A DNA stretch of 64,000 nucleotides, taken from a virus. Its lineage: Duplodnaviria > Caudoviricetes. The translations under genes and the position numbers were made by a program. The notes beneath the pieces were generated by a model. The model saw only the letters and a list, made by a program, of their open reading frames with translations, was not told the DNA's origin and searched no databases. The stretch's first letter is position 1. Each line of letters begins with the position of its first letter. Shown here piece after piece: positions 1 through 8,363 of the stretch. The stretch lies in the IMG/VR virus record IMGVR_UViG_3300028832_000109, positions 44,609 to 108,608 of that record. One strand, 5' to 3'.

Positions 1-551
1 TCTATCGTCTGCTCGGTGAGCACGGAAACCTGGTTTGCCGATTCCTCCGACGAGGCACTGTCCGCGGTAAGCGTCATCTCACCCGCGGCATTCCATGTGG
101 CTTCTGAGCCGTTTCCCGGATTCTTCACTGTCGACGTGTGCGTGCGGCGGTTGTGCGTGTAGGTGTACCCGCTCTCGCCCATGTTGAGCACGGCGACGTC
201 CGGGTACTCGGATACATACTTTTCCGGGAGGAACCCCTTGGTCTGGGAGACGCCGTAATACATCCCCTGGTTGATGTCGCCGTCTATGAACTTGACGAGC
301 AGCCACTGCCCCTGCTGGGGAACCTGCTGCATGCCGGTAGTCAACTGCGGGGCGAACCACGGCTGGTCCTTGTCGGCCCACTTGTCCGTGACGCCGCTGA
401 TTCTCGCCTGAACGCATCCGGCGCGGTTGGGGTCGACCGACGTGCCGACCACCTGGGCATAGTAATACTCGAACGTTAGGCGGCCCTTCTTCGCGGTACG
501 CCCCGTATAGTCCGGGTGCCACTCGTGGTTGTTATTCGGCAGCGACTCCAT
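1..551 (-). CDS. Baseplate central spike / gp5-VgrG-like OB-fold protein (runs off the window start)
   Basis: Not in the ORF track; my translation from ATG 551 (TGATG overlap with the upstream stop): MESLPNNNHEW...YYYAQVVGTSVDPNRAGCVQARISG...WFAP...VPQQGQWLLVKFIDGDINQGMYYG. This fits the gp5/VgrG OB-fold pattern DP..GRV..R...VP..G..V.V.F..GD; baseplate context. Confidence 0.85.
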   Translation of the reverse strand, partial: MESLPNNNHEWHPDYTGRTAKKGRLTFEYYYAQVVGTSVDPNRAGCVQARISGVTDKWADKDQPWFAPQLTTGMQQVPQQGQWLLVKFIDGDINQGMYYGVSQTKGFLPEKYVSEYPDVAVLNMGESGYTYTHNRRTHTSTVKNPGNGSEATWNAAGEMTLTADSASSEESANQVSVLTEQTI

Positions 552-1891
552 CATTTCTTCTCCGAGTTACGTATGTCCTGTGTCATGGCATCGGCAACGG
601 ACATGACCGCCTTGAACTCCGCGCCTTCCGCCCCGGAATATCCGGCGTTGCTCACCATGACGAGTTCGGTCACCATATCCGTCGTGGTCGCCATGCGGGC
701 CTTTCCCAGCATGCCGGTGCCTACAGTGGCGTTCTTCGTTATAGTCTTCCCGACAACGATGTACTTGGCGGTATAGTTCTCGTCCGGCAGGAAGTCGCCC
801 GACTTCACGCGAGGGGATGCGGCATAGAAATGTACGCAGGAACCTACGGGAGGTCCGGGATGGTTGTAAATCTTCAATCGGACGGTCTTGGAATATTCGG
901 AGAGCATGAAGCTTCGCACGAACGGGGCTATCGCGTAAGTCTTGTGCGTGTTCGACGGGAACGGCTTCACCACGAACTGCTGCCCGTACGCGGAATCCTC
1001 GAAGTATTCTTGCGAGGCGCCCATGGACGAAAGTACAGCCTGCCAGCACTCGTTGTTGCATACACCGGTATCCTTCGTGGTGCCGGACGCCGTGCTGTCT
1101 ATCACCAGGTTGGGCGAGCGGGGTTCCCGGGTCTCCCCGGCATGGTCCGACGGCAAGTACCCGGAATAATACCAGATTCCAGTGTCCGAACCTTTCAGCT
1201 GCTGCATCGCAGAATCGGTAGTCGTCACGGAATCCGTCGTGAACATGAAGAAGTGTTTCTTCTTCGCAGCCTTCGACACGTTGAACGTTCCGATGCGGAA
1301 TCCCATGCGGCTGTCATCAAAAGCCCAGAAGAGAATGTCTCCCGGAATGGACGCGTGTTCCACGACGCCATCCAGGTGGTCCGAAATGCTTCCTTCCACG
1401 AACCGCCAAGTCATGTTGTCGCTGACACCGCCGTTGCCCTTGGCCGGAGAAACCTCGTCGACCACTTCCTCGCCGACGATGGAGAACAGTTTCGCCATCG
1501 CCTCGACGCTAGTCCCGTTGATTGCCACGGGCTCCATCACGCCGTGCAGCGCGTTGTCCCCCAGCAGGAAGCTGAGCGCTATGGAATCGGAGTCCTGCGA
1601 AATTTCGGTACGGACGGCAGATACCACGTAAATCGGAAGCTCGAAGGATTTCGTGCTGCTACCGAGCCCGGTAATAATCATCTTACCGTAGGTACCGCTT
1701 ATCGGGTTAGCGGTAGAACCGGACGAACCAACTATGTTCGCCGTGCCGTACGGTAGGCTGTCAAGCGGTATGTTCATGACAAACGCGCTCACGGACGCGT
1801 CGTTGTACACGACGGCATCGCCATCACCGTGTCCGGATACGGGAAGCGCGAAACTGACCGAATACCTCTCTCCTACCCTGGATTTTCCCAT
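551..1891 (-). CDS. Putative baseplate hub protein (gp27-like position)
   Basis: 446 aa, between the LysM wedge and spike genes; C-terminal 'LKIYNHPGPPVGSCVHF...YIVVG' resembles hub C-termini. Mostly synteny. Confidence 0.55.
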   Translation of the reverse strand: MGKSRVGERYSVSFALPVSGHGDGDAVVYNDASVSAFVMNIPLDSLPYGTANIVGSSGSTANPISGTYGKMIITGLGSSTKSFELPIYVVSAVRTEISQDSDSIALSFLLGDNALHGVMEPVAINGTSVEAMAKLFSIVGEEVVDEVSPAKGNGGVSDNMTWRFVEGSISDHLDGVVEHASIPGDILFWAFDDSRMGFRIGTFNVSKAAKKKHFFMFTTDSVTTTDSAMQQLKGSDTGIWYYSGYLPSDHAGETREPRSPNLVIDSTASGTTKDTGVCNNECWQAVLSSMGASQEYFEDSAYGQQFVVKPFPSNTHKTYAIAPFVRSFMLSEYSKTVRLKIYNHPGPPVGSCVHFYAASPRVKSGDFLPDENYTAKYIVVGKTITKNATVGTGMLGKARMATTTDMVTELVMVSNAGYSGAEGAEFKAVMSVADAMTQDIRNSEKK

Positions 1892-2334
1892 CAGTCTTCC
1901 TCTTCAGCTTCGGCCAGCGTGTTGTAACGTTCGAGAAACGCGACCGAGGTGTTAGGCGACGGGATGAACAGTATCCTTCCCGGCGTCACGTCGGTGATGT
2001 TCCCGTTGGCCATGTCGTCGTATGCGAGCCAGTCCATCGAGCCCTGCACCCTGCGGTCATCAATCTCGTCGGCCACGTCCTGCACGTCGGCCGCCTTCAC
2101 TCCACGTAAAACTAGCTCATTCTCCAATGCTTCCCGGGAAGGACGAATTCCAGGCCGGGTAGCGAACGCATCCACAATTCCGTTAGCCGCGGCGACAGCC
2201 TTGTACGCCCGCGGTTCGCCATACTTTTCCTGGACTATGAGGTCGAGACGGCCAGCAAGATAAGACGGCACCGTAATCGTGTCGACGTATTCGAACTGCT
2301 TGTTCCGCAGGCGCGGGAATTCTTCTTTCGCCAT
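1891..2334 (-). CDS. Baseplate wedge LysM-like protein (gp53 / P2 gpX-like)
   Basis: 'GRLDLIVQEKYGEPRAYKAVAAANGI...PGRILFIP' is a split LysM-like motif typical of tail X / gp53 proteins. Confidence 0.75.
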   Translation of the reverse strand: MAKEEFPRLRNKQFEYVDTITVPSYLAGRLDLIVQEKYGEPRAYKAVAAANGIVDAFATRPGIRPSREALENELVLRGVKAADVQDVADEIDDRRVQGSMDWLAYDDMANGNITDVTPGRILFIPSPNTSVAFLERYNTLAEAEEED

Positions 2335-2345
2335 ATCCTACCTCG

Positions 2346-3545
2346 TCACTTCTTCAATTTAGGGTTCGACGTCGCTGAACCGGCCCCGGGGACGGCCGCG
2401 CGTTTCCCGGACGCGAGCGGCTTGGAATCGGTAGGCTTCCCTGCAGGTCTAGTATTACCTGTAGCGGGAGCCGACGTGGACTGCGCGTTAGTGTAACCGA
2501 TGTTGAACACGTCGTCGCCGAGCCAGCGAACAAATCCCTTGTTCGGGTCGGGAAGCATCCACATCGCGAACTGGATGTCCGCCGTCACGAACAGCGGAAT
2601 GTTCGTGCCGTCCGTCGTCATGAACTGCTCCTTGCTCCCGCTGACCTTGACGTTGGTAATCACAAGCGGCTCGATATCAAGGATGTGTCCCATCGTCAGG
2701 CGAACCGGCATCGGGGCCACCGTGAGGGAACCACCGAAGAACTCGTTGATGTCTATTGCGGTATTCACCAGCTTGTCTATGCTGACCACGCTGTCCACAG
2801 CTTCCAGGCCTTCCGACATGAGGTTCATCGCACCGCCGACAACCGTATTGACGACACCGCCCTCCTCGCCGGGCTCGTTGAAACTGTTAAGCTGATTGGT
2901 GACCGCACTCAGCGCGTTGGCGACCTTGCGGGCATAATTCGTCCGCATGTTCGGGTCGAGGTTCCTCACATAGCACATTTTCAGGAGGCGCGTGATACCG
3001 ACGCGGGCCTGCGCCTCCATCTCCGGCATGTACCAGCTGCACTTCACCGTCTTGTTAAAGGCAAACGAGGCCTTGCTGAACGTTTTCATCGTGCAGGAAC
3101 CGGTGCTTATGTTGTCCAGCCCCATTGCCCGGGTAAGCGCCGTGCCTACCTTGGCGGCTCCGGCACCCCATGAAGCAAGTTTACCGATGCCAGGGAACTT
3201 GTTGAATTTCTGGGCCATGCCCTCAAAAGTGGCATCCTTGGATTCCACCCAGTTGGCCTGCAAGTCGAACCCGATGTCCCCATTGGCTGCCGGGTCGAAG
3301 AACCCGAGGAACGGCCGGTTTGCGTCGGGTGTCATTATGGAGTTGGCCAGCTCCTGCCGGAATCCGTCCATCATACTATGGAACTTTCCCAGATACCTCG
3401 CCTTCACGTGCGGCGAAAGCACCTCAATGCGGACAATGTTCGGGTCCGGTAGAGCCGACGAGTGGTACTGCCGGTTTTCCGGGAGTCCCTTGTTGTCATG
3501 CTTCGGGAAAGGCTTGTACCTGGTTATCTTAGTCTTGTCGGCCAT
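2346..3545 (-). CDS. Putative baseplate-tube junction / tube initiator (gp48/gp54-like)
   Basis: 399 aa, directly downstream of the tape measure gene; 'PVRLTMG...LVITNVKVS...DG..IPLFVTADIQF' resembles tube-fold initiator C-termini. Confidence 0.55.
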   Translation of the reverse strand: MADKTKITRYKPFPKHDNKGLPENRQYHSSALPDPNIVRIEVLSPHVKARYLGKFHSMMDGFRQELANSIMTPDANRPFLGFFDPAANGDIGFDLQANWVESKDATFEGMAQKFNKFPGIGKLASWGAGAAKVGTALTRAMGLDNISTGSCTMKTFSKASFAFNKTVKCSWYMPEMEAQARVGITRLLKMCYVRNLDPNMRTNYARKVANALSAVTNQLNSFNEPGEEGGVVNTVVGGAMNLMSEGLEAVDSVVSIDKLVNTAIDINEFFGGSLTVAPMPVRLTMGHILDIEPLVITNVKVSGSKEQFMTTDGTNIPLFVTADIQFAMWMLPDPNKGFVRWLGDDVFNIGYTNAQSTSAPATGNTRPAGKPTDSKPLASGKRAAVPGAGSATSNPKLKK

Positions 3546-3548
3546 GCG

Positions 3549-5567
3549 CTAATCCCTCCCTACCATGCTCTCGTTAATCTGTCGCCCCTGCAGGCGTGCG
3601 TTTTCCTCGTTCTGCCTCTGGACATCCGCGTCGGTAAGGGCACGTTTTGAGCCCATATACATGGCATCCTCCATGCGCTTTGCCTGCTCGGCCGCGGTTT
3701 CGACCCGCTCGGGCTCGGCCTTCACCCCCGGTGTTGAGACGGTAGGTGCCGACGTCTGTTCAAGATTACCAGCTGCCAGCTTCGTGTGCCCGGAACGGTA
3801 TGACTCGGCGAACCGGTTCATGGCATCTTCGTCCTTAGTATCCACGCCAGCTTCCCTGGCGGCCCTCACTACCTCATATCGCTCCGCTTTGAGCCGTCTG
3901 GATTTTTCAACTGCGGTATCAAGTTCCGCCTCACGCTTTTCAAGCTCTGTTGTGTAGACTTTCTCCCCGGCGACGTTTTCGGTAACGAAGTTCACAACAC
4001 CGCCGACCGCCCGGTCGACTATGCCCAATGCCGACGCACTTTCCTTCGCGGCTGCCGCGCGGGCTTCATTCTCAGCCTTGACGGCCTCGATAGACTCGTT
4101 GTTCCACCCATGCTTGTAGCGGTCTAGGGAATCGTTGTTCTTCTTCGTCATCTCCTCGATATGACGCTGGGTCTCGTTACCGGATTTTACCAAGTCAGCA
4201 ACAAGGCCAACGCCTTCGGCTATCTTATTTATAGAAGCCAATGCGGCAACGATGAGCGCACCGGTCGCGCCACCCTTGCCCGCACTCTTAAGATTGACAT
4301 TGCTTGTAATAGAGTCAAACAAATCCCCGTCGTTGGCCTTCTTGAAGAATTCCGTACCTTCCCGGTAAAACTCAGGGCGAACCTGCGTGTCCAGCTTGCG
4401 CTGTATGTCGTGCAGCTCCTTGTCATTGGCCTTCTTGAAGAATTCCATACCTTCCCGGTAAAGGTCAGGGCGAACCTGCGTGTCCAGCTTACGCTGTATG
4501 TCGTGCAGCTCCTTGTCATTGGCATTCTTGAAGAATTCCGTACCTTCCCGGTAAAAGTCAGGGTGAACCTGCGTGTCCGGCTTTCGCTGTATGTCGTGCA
4601 GCTCCTTGTCATCCGGAGCGGCTCCCGGCCTGCCCGGTGCACGTTCCGGGCGGTCAGCCATATCCTGTGTCCGGACGATGTTGTCATTTGCGGGAGCCGA
4701 CGCGCCGAGGTTATCCGAAGCGCGGGCATCTCCGATATCCTTGTGGATGCCCGCATTGCGAGAGCCCATGACGTCGGCCATCCGCATCTCGACAAGGTCG
4801 TTCATCGGGTCGCGAGAGCGTTCCTCGATACGGTGAGCCGCTTCCTCCATCTTGTCCTGTCGGGCACTGATGGCTTCCAGTATCTCGGTAAGCTCGTCTT
4901 CGGTAGCGTTGTCACGTTTAGCCTTGCGGTATTTCGCCCCGAGCCGCTCAATCGCGCGTGATTCCCTCTTTATTTCCCCGCGGTCCTTGGCATCCGCCTT
5001 GGCTTCCTTCCTGATGTTACGGTCGGCAATCCAGTTTTTCGCGCTGTTTACGAACCCGAAGCCAAGGCTATCCAGGGCCTTCTCGCCGAATGTTCGCATG
5101 TCGGCGTTGCTGGACAACGCGGCCTTTATCGTGTTTCCTCCAAAGGATTCCCGCAAAGTCTTCTGGAAATCAAATTCTTCGAAAGCCTGTTTCAGGGCCC
5201 GGGCCTGCGTTTCCGCGGCAGTGGCCGGAGTTACCTCGAACGCCTTTGCCCAGAACCCGGCATCCCCGCGCTGCGGCCCTATTTCTCGGTTAGACTGCTC
5301 CAGCGCGGCGCGGTTCTGCGCCATCGCGTCCTCGTAGTAACGACGGTCCGTGTCCACCTGTTTCAGCGACTCGGTCAACTTTGAACCGAGCGCGGCGAAG
5401 AAGTTGCTCGACGGGTCGGACAGTGTGTCGTTGAGGTAATTCACCTCCTCGGTCAACGAGCTCGCGACACCGGACATCCCGTCCAGCTTCCTTTCGAGCG
5501 ACTGCAGGGTATCGACAGTAGCCTGTCCCTGCTTGCTCAGCATTTCAAGATTGGTTAAACCCGCCAT
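3549..5567 (-). CDS. Probable tail tape measure protein
   Basis: 672 aa, Ala/Glu/Lys-rich and helical, one hydrophobic GGATGALIVAALAS segment; lies between the chaperone and baseplate genes; ATAAACT motif upstream. Confidence 0.6.
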   Translation of the reverse strand: MAGLTNLEMLSKQGQATVDTLQSLERKLDGMSGVASSLTEEVNYLNDTLSDPSSNFFAALGSKLTESLKQVDTDRRYYEDAMAQNRAALEQSNREIGPQRGDAGFWAKAFEVTPATAAETQARALKQAFEEFDFQKTLRESFGGNTIKAALSSNADMRTFGEKALDSLGFGFVNSAKNWIADRNIRKEAKADAKDRGEIKRESRAIERLGAKYRKAKRDNATEDELTEILEAISARQDKMEEAAHRIEERSRDPMNDLVEMRMADVMGSRNAGIHKDIGDARASDNLGASAPANDNIVRTQDMADRPERAPGRPGAAPDDKELHDIQRKPDTQVHPDFYREGTEFFKNANDKELHDIQRKLDTQVRPDLYREGMEFFKKANDKELHDIQRKLDTQVRPEFYREGTEFFKKANDGDLFDSITSNVNLKSAGKGGATGALIVAALASINKIAEGVGLVADLVKSGNETQRHIEEMTKKNNDSLDRYKHGWNNESIEAVKAENEARAAAAKESASALGIVDRAVGGVVNFVTENVAGEKVYTTELEKREAELDTAVEKSRRLKAERYEVVRAAREAGVDTKDEDAMNRFAESYRSGHTKLAAGNLEQTSAPTVSTPGVKAEPERVETAAEQAKRMEDAMYMGSKRALTDADVQRQNEENARLQGRQINESMVGRD
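4331..4611 (-). repeat. Three near-identical 93-bp (31-aa) tandem repeats inside the tape measure gene
   Basis: DKELHDIQRK(P/L)DTQV(H/R)P(D/E)(F/L)YREG(T/M)EFFK(N/K)AN x3; 'ttcttgaagaattcc' recurs at about 4339, 4432 and 4525. Confidence 0.95.
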
Positions 5568-5586
5568 CTACTGACCTCAAATCAGC

Positions 5587-5593
5587 AGTTTAT
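5587..5593 (-). promoter_or_regulatory. Putative late promoter motif ATAAACT (tape measure operon)
   Basis: Same heptamer recurs upstream of many structural/unknown genes; analogous to T4 late TATAAATA. Confidence 0.6.
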
Positions 5594-5607
5594 ATGGCGG
5601 GAGGAGC

Positions 5608-6096
5608 CTAAATCCGTCTCATGATTTCGGCCAAGGCTGACTTCGGGTCCTTATACAGTATGGCCTGCCCGCCTGCAGCAATGAACCCGTCCACGTTCTT
5701 GTCCGTGTCGTCGACAAGCAGGCGGTCGGGCCTGGCGAACTTTGCCTTGTCCTCGCCGTGGCGAACGATTATCAGGTGCTCGTTGTCGATATCGGTATTC
5801 CAGTGGGTCCAGAGGGTCTTTCCCTTGACCCCGGCGGGCATCTCGATTGCCGTGAGAATGCCCATCTCTATTCCGGTAGCGTTGCAAAGCTCGCGGCACG
5901 CCGCGAAGAAGGCATCGGCGCCGGGCATCCACTTCATGTTGGCCCAGAAATCCGGTCCTATCCGTCGGGGAATGTCCCAGTCGATTGCGCTAGGGCTCTT
6001 CCCCGCAAACTTGCGGCATCCGAACTCCTCGACTCGGGAGTCGAAGTCGACCAGAACGCCATCCATGTCAAGATACAGCCGGTTAATGTTACCCAT
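5608..6096 (-). CDS. HAD-family 5'(3')-deoxyribonucleotidase-like protein
   Basis: Motif I 'LYLDMDGVLVDF', 'ILTA', 'K...W', motif IV 'LLVDD..KNVDGF.AAGG'. Confidence 0.85.
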   Translation of the reverse strand: MGNINRLYLDMDGVLVDFDSRVEEFGCRKFAGKSPSAIDWDIPRRIGPDFWANMKWMPGADAFFAACRELCNATGIEMGILTAIEMPAGVKGKTLWTHWNTDIDNEHLIIVRHGEDKAKFARPDRLLVDDTDKNVDGFIAAGGQAILYKDPKSALAEIMRRI

Positions 6097-6104
6097 AGGA
6101 TTCC

Positions 6105-6115
6105 AAATATAGCAA
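6105..6115 (-). promoter_or_regulatory. Extended -10 type promoter TTGCTATATTT
   Basis: TG-N-TATATT, 9 nt before the HAD start codon; motif recurs at least 8 times upstream of minus-strand non-structural genes. Confidence 0.7.
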
Positions 6116-6125
6116 AAACAAAAGT

Positions 6126-6338
6126 TTATGCCAGCTCAGCGGTAAGTTCGGAACCACGGTCCGGGGTATAGTACATCGCGTTGAACCGCATGTTGGCATA
6201 ACGGGCAAGTTCGAGGAACTCCGGTATGAACATGTGGTCACAGTCTTCGAATGTGTTGCTAGTCATCTCGGAGATTATGCACTTGTCCTGCACAATCTCC
6301 TTCTTGCTAAAGCGAGGCCACAAACTCAAAATATCGAA
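6126..6338 (-). CDS. Tail chaperone extension (gp51/GT-like), probably reached by +1 frameshift from the upstream gene
   Basis: Open frame overlapping the end of 6307..8085, no well-spaced RBS/start; reads FDILSLWPRFSKKEIVQDKCIISEMTSNTFEDCDHMFIPEFLELARYAN... Confidence 0.55.
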   Translation of the reverse strand, partial: FDILSLWPRFSKKEIVQDKCIISEMTSNTFEDCDHMFIPEFLELARYANMRFNAMYYTPDRGSELTAELA

Positions 6339-8085
6339 ACGGATACGGCACGGATGCCGCACCTCCGCACCTTGGGCACTTCAACGTAACCATGGTCTTC
6401 ACCGTCATCTGCGCATCGAGAACGGCCTGCATGAAGTCGCGCTTAGCATACAGGGGGTACTTCTCGATGTAGTCAATTTTGTCGCTTATGGTTTCGCAGT
6501 CCTCAATCTCGACGATGACGGCCAGGTTGAGCGCCTTGCGCTTCCATTTCGGGAAAGCCATGCGGTTGGCATTCTCCCATCCATGCACGTATTCCTCGCT
6601 GATGCGGTCATGCTTCCTGCGGCGGAGGTATATGTTACAGACGCGTCCGTCGCACAGGTCGTACGTCACGCATCCGTTCTGCATGTGCTTGGCCGCGACT
6701 TCCTCGGGGGAGCCGTCCATGATGAAGGACATGTAGCTGAACGACGGCGACTCCACCATAGACAGCGATTCGGCGTCGTGGTACTTGCGATGGCAATGCG
6801 GGCACTCGAACCGCACTCTCGGAAGCCCATAGTTCTGTTCCGGGTATGATGACGCGCGGAGCCAGTACATGAGGAACTCCTCGTCGCAAGTGAGGATATC
6901 TTCCGGGGACACTCCGCGCACCCTGCGCGAAATAACGGTGGAAAGCACGCTAGTTATGTCGTCCTCGTCCACTTCGCTGAGCATGAACGCGTCGACAGTC
7001 TGCAACGCCTGGGCGAACACCTTTCCCGTATAGAACAGGCCGTGAGACGGCCATCCGCTCACCTCGGTGAACACTTCGAAGTTCCGGTCCGGGCGGCACG
7101 GGTCGAATCCCATTACCCGGGGGAGGACTAGTCCTGCCTGCGCCCTGTTCGGCGCGGCCGGTGTCTGTACTGCCTGCGGCTCCTGCGCAGGATGGTCCGG
7201 TTCGGCCGGGACGGGTTCTGCCGGATACTCCGCACGCATTTCGGCCTCGGGCAATTCCGGGAATTCCCTCGGGGCAGGCATGGCACCCGGCTCGATTGCC
7301 GCTGGACGGTATGCCGGGAATTCCTGCGCCAGATGTGGCGGAAGGGGTCTGGCCGCAATGGGACCCTGCGCCTGGAGCCGAGATTGGTTCATCGACTGCT
7401 GAATGGGCAAGTTCGATTGCATGGGAGCATTCATAGAGGAAACCGGCTCGCGCTGCCGGAGGGGGGAATTGGCGGCGAAATCGGATGGCCGTAGTTCCGG
7501 CCCCACCATGTATGGTGCGGGTTCCTGTATTGGTTGCGGCATCCTACGCATGTCGACCGCTCCCGGATGTATTGTATCGTGATGCTCAAGGAAAGTATCC
7601 CTGGACCGTTCGCGTGAATTCTTGACCATGTTGATGAGCTCTATGTCGCCCGCCGTCAACGAAAGTGACGAATCCTGCCCCGGGGCCGATGGCTCCGGCT
7701 GTTCGGGCAACGGTATGGCCGGCGCTATCGGGCGAAAGTCGGTATGCGGGGTTTCCGGGAGGTTCACCTGTGCAGGCTCCTGCCGTACCATCCCGCGCTT
7801 CCCGCGTCGTTTCACCGGCTTCTGCTCAACTTCCGAGGGTGGAACCCGAATATCGCCGGTAGGTTCGCCAGCAAGAAGCCGGGCCCGGCGCTTCTGCACC
7901 TCCGCGTTCTTCCGCGTCATGTCGTCCGCAAGCTCTTTCTGCTCCCGGAGCATGGTTTCCCGTAACTGAGGGTCTACCCCGTTGGCCAGCCCCATCGATG
8001 CCTGGGCGGCAGCCGCGCTCATTCCCTGGGCGAGAAGCTGCTTCGTCTTGCTATCGTATTCCTCGAGATTCGTAGAATCACTCAT
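6307..8085 (-). CDS. Baseplate hub assembly / tail assembly chaperone (gp26-like) with long Pro/Gln-rich N-terminal extension
   Basis: C-terminal ~260 aa: 'WPSHGLFY', 'DILTCDEEFLMYWLRASSY', CPHC and CPRC motifs typical of gp26-like proteins. Confidence 0.75.
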   Translation of the reverse strand: MSDSTNLEEYDSKTKQLLAQGMSAAAAQASMGLANGVDPQLRETMLREQKELADDMTRKNAEVQKRRARLLAGEPTGDIRVPPSEVEQKPVKRRGKRGMVRQEPAQVNLPETPHTDFRPIAPAIPLPEQPEPSAPGQDSSLSLTAGDIELINMVKNSRERSRDTFLEHHDTIHPGAVDMRRMPQPIQEPAPYMVGPELRPSDFAANSPLRQREPVSSMNAPMQSNLPIQQSMNQSRLQAQGPIAARPLPPHLAQEFPAYRPAAIEPGAMPAPREFPELPEAEMRAEYPAEPVPAEPDHPAQEPQAVQTPAAPNRAQAGLVLPRVMGFDPCRPDRNFEVFTEVSGWPSHGLFYTGKVFAQALQTVDAFMLSEVDEDDITSVLSTVISRRVRGVSPEDILTCDEEFLMYWLRASSYPEQNYGLPRVRFECPHCHRKYHDAESLSMVESPSFSYMSFIMDGSPEEVAAKHMQNGCVTYDLCDGRVCNIYLRRRKHDRISEEYVHGWENANRMAFPKWKRKALNLAVIVEIEDCETISDKIDYIEKYPLYAKRDFMQAVLDAQMTVKTMVTLKCPRCGGAASVPYPFRYFEFVASL

Positions 8086-8363
8086 CGTGACACCTCCCCT
8101 ACTACAAATGTGTAACGTGGACCTTTGTATTGCATCCCGTTCGCCAGGGTTATTTCAATGATTTCTCCACCAGAAGTTTTGTTCAACGAGCTGGCGACGT
8201 TCTTGGCGTCTTCCAAGGTCGGGTACTTTGTTTCAAGCGGAAGAGGCGCCGATACTTCGCGGTCTTCATATGAACGGGAACGACCCGGGCGGTCCGGGTC
8301 CGGGTCGGCTTCGAGACTCAAGTTGTCATACTTGACAACGCAGAATCTTCCCTCGTCTTCCAT
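8082..8363 (-). CDS. Hypothetical protein
   Basis: 93 aa, overlaps both neighbours by 1-4 nt (translational coupling). Confidence 0.6.
   Translation of the reverse strand: MEDEGRFCVVKYDNLSLEADPDPDRPGRSRSYEDREVSAPLPLETKYPTLEDAKNVASSLNKTSGGEIIEITLANGMQYKGPRYTFVVGEVSR

Noticed and set aside
4331-4611. Direct repeats as a CRISPR array
   Set aside because: Contiguous 93-bp in-frame coding repeats with no unique spacers.
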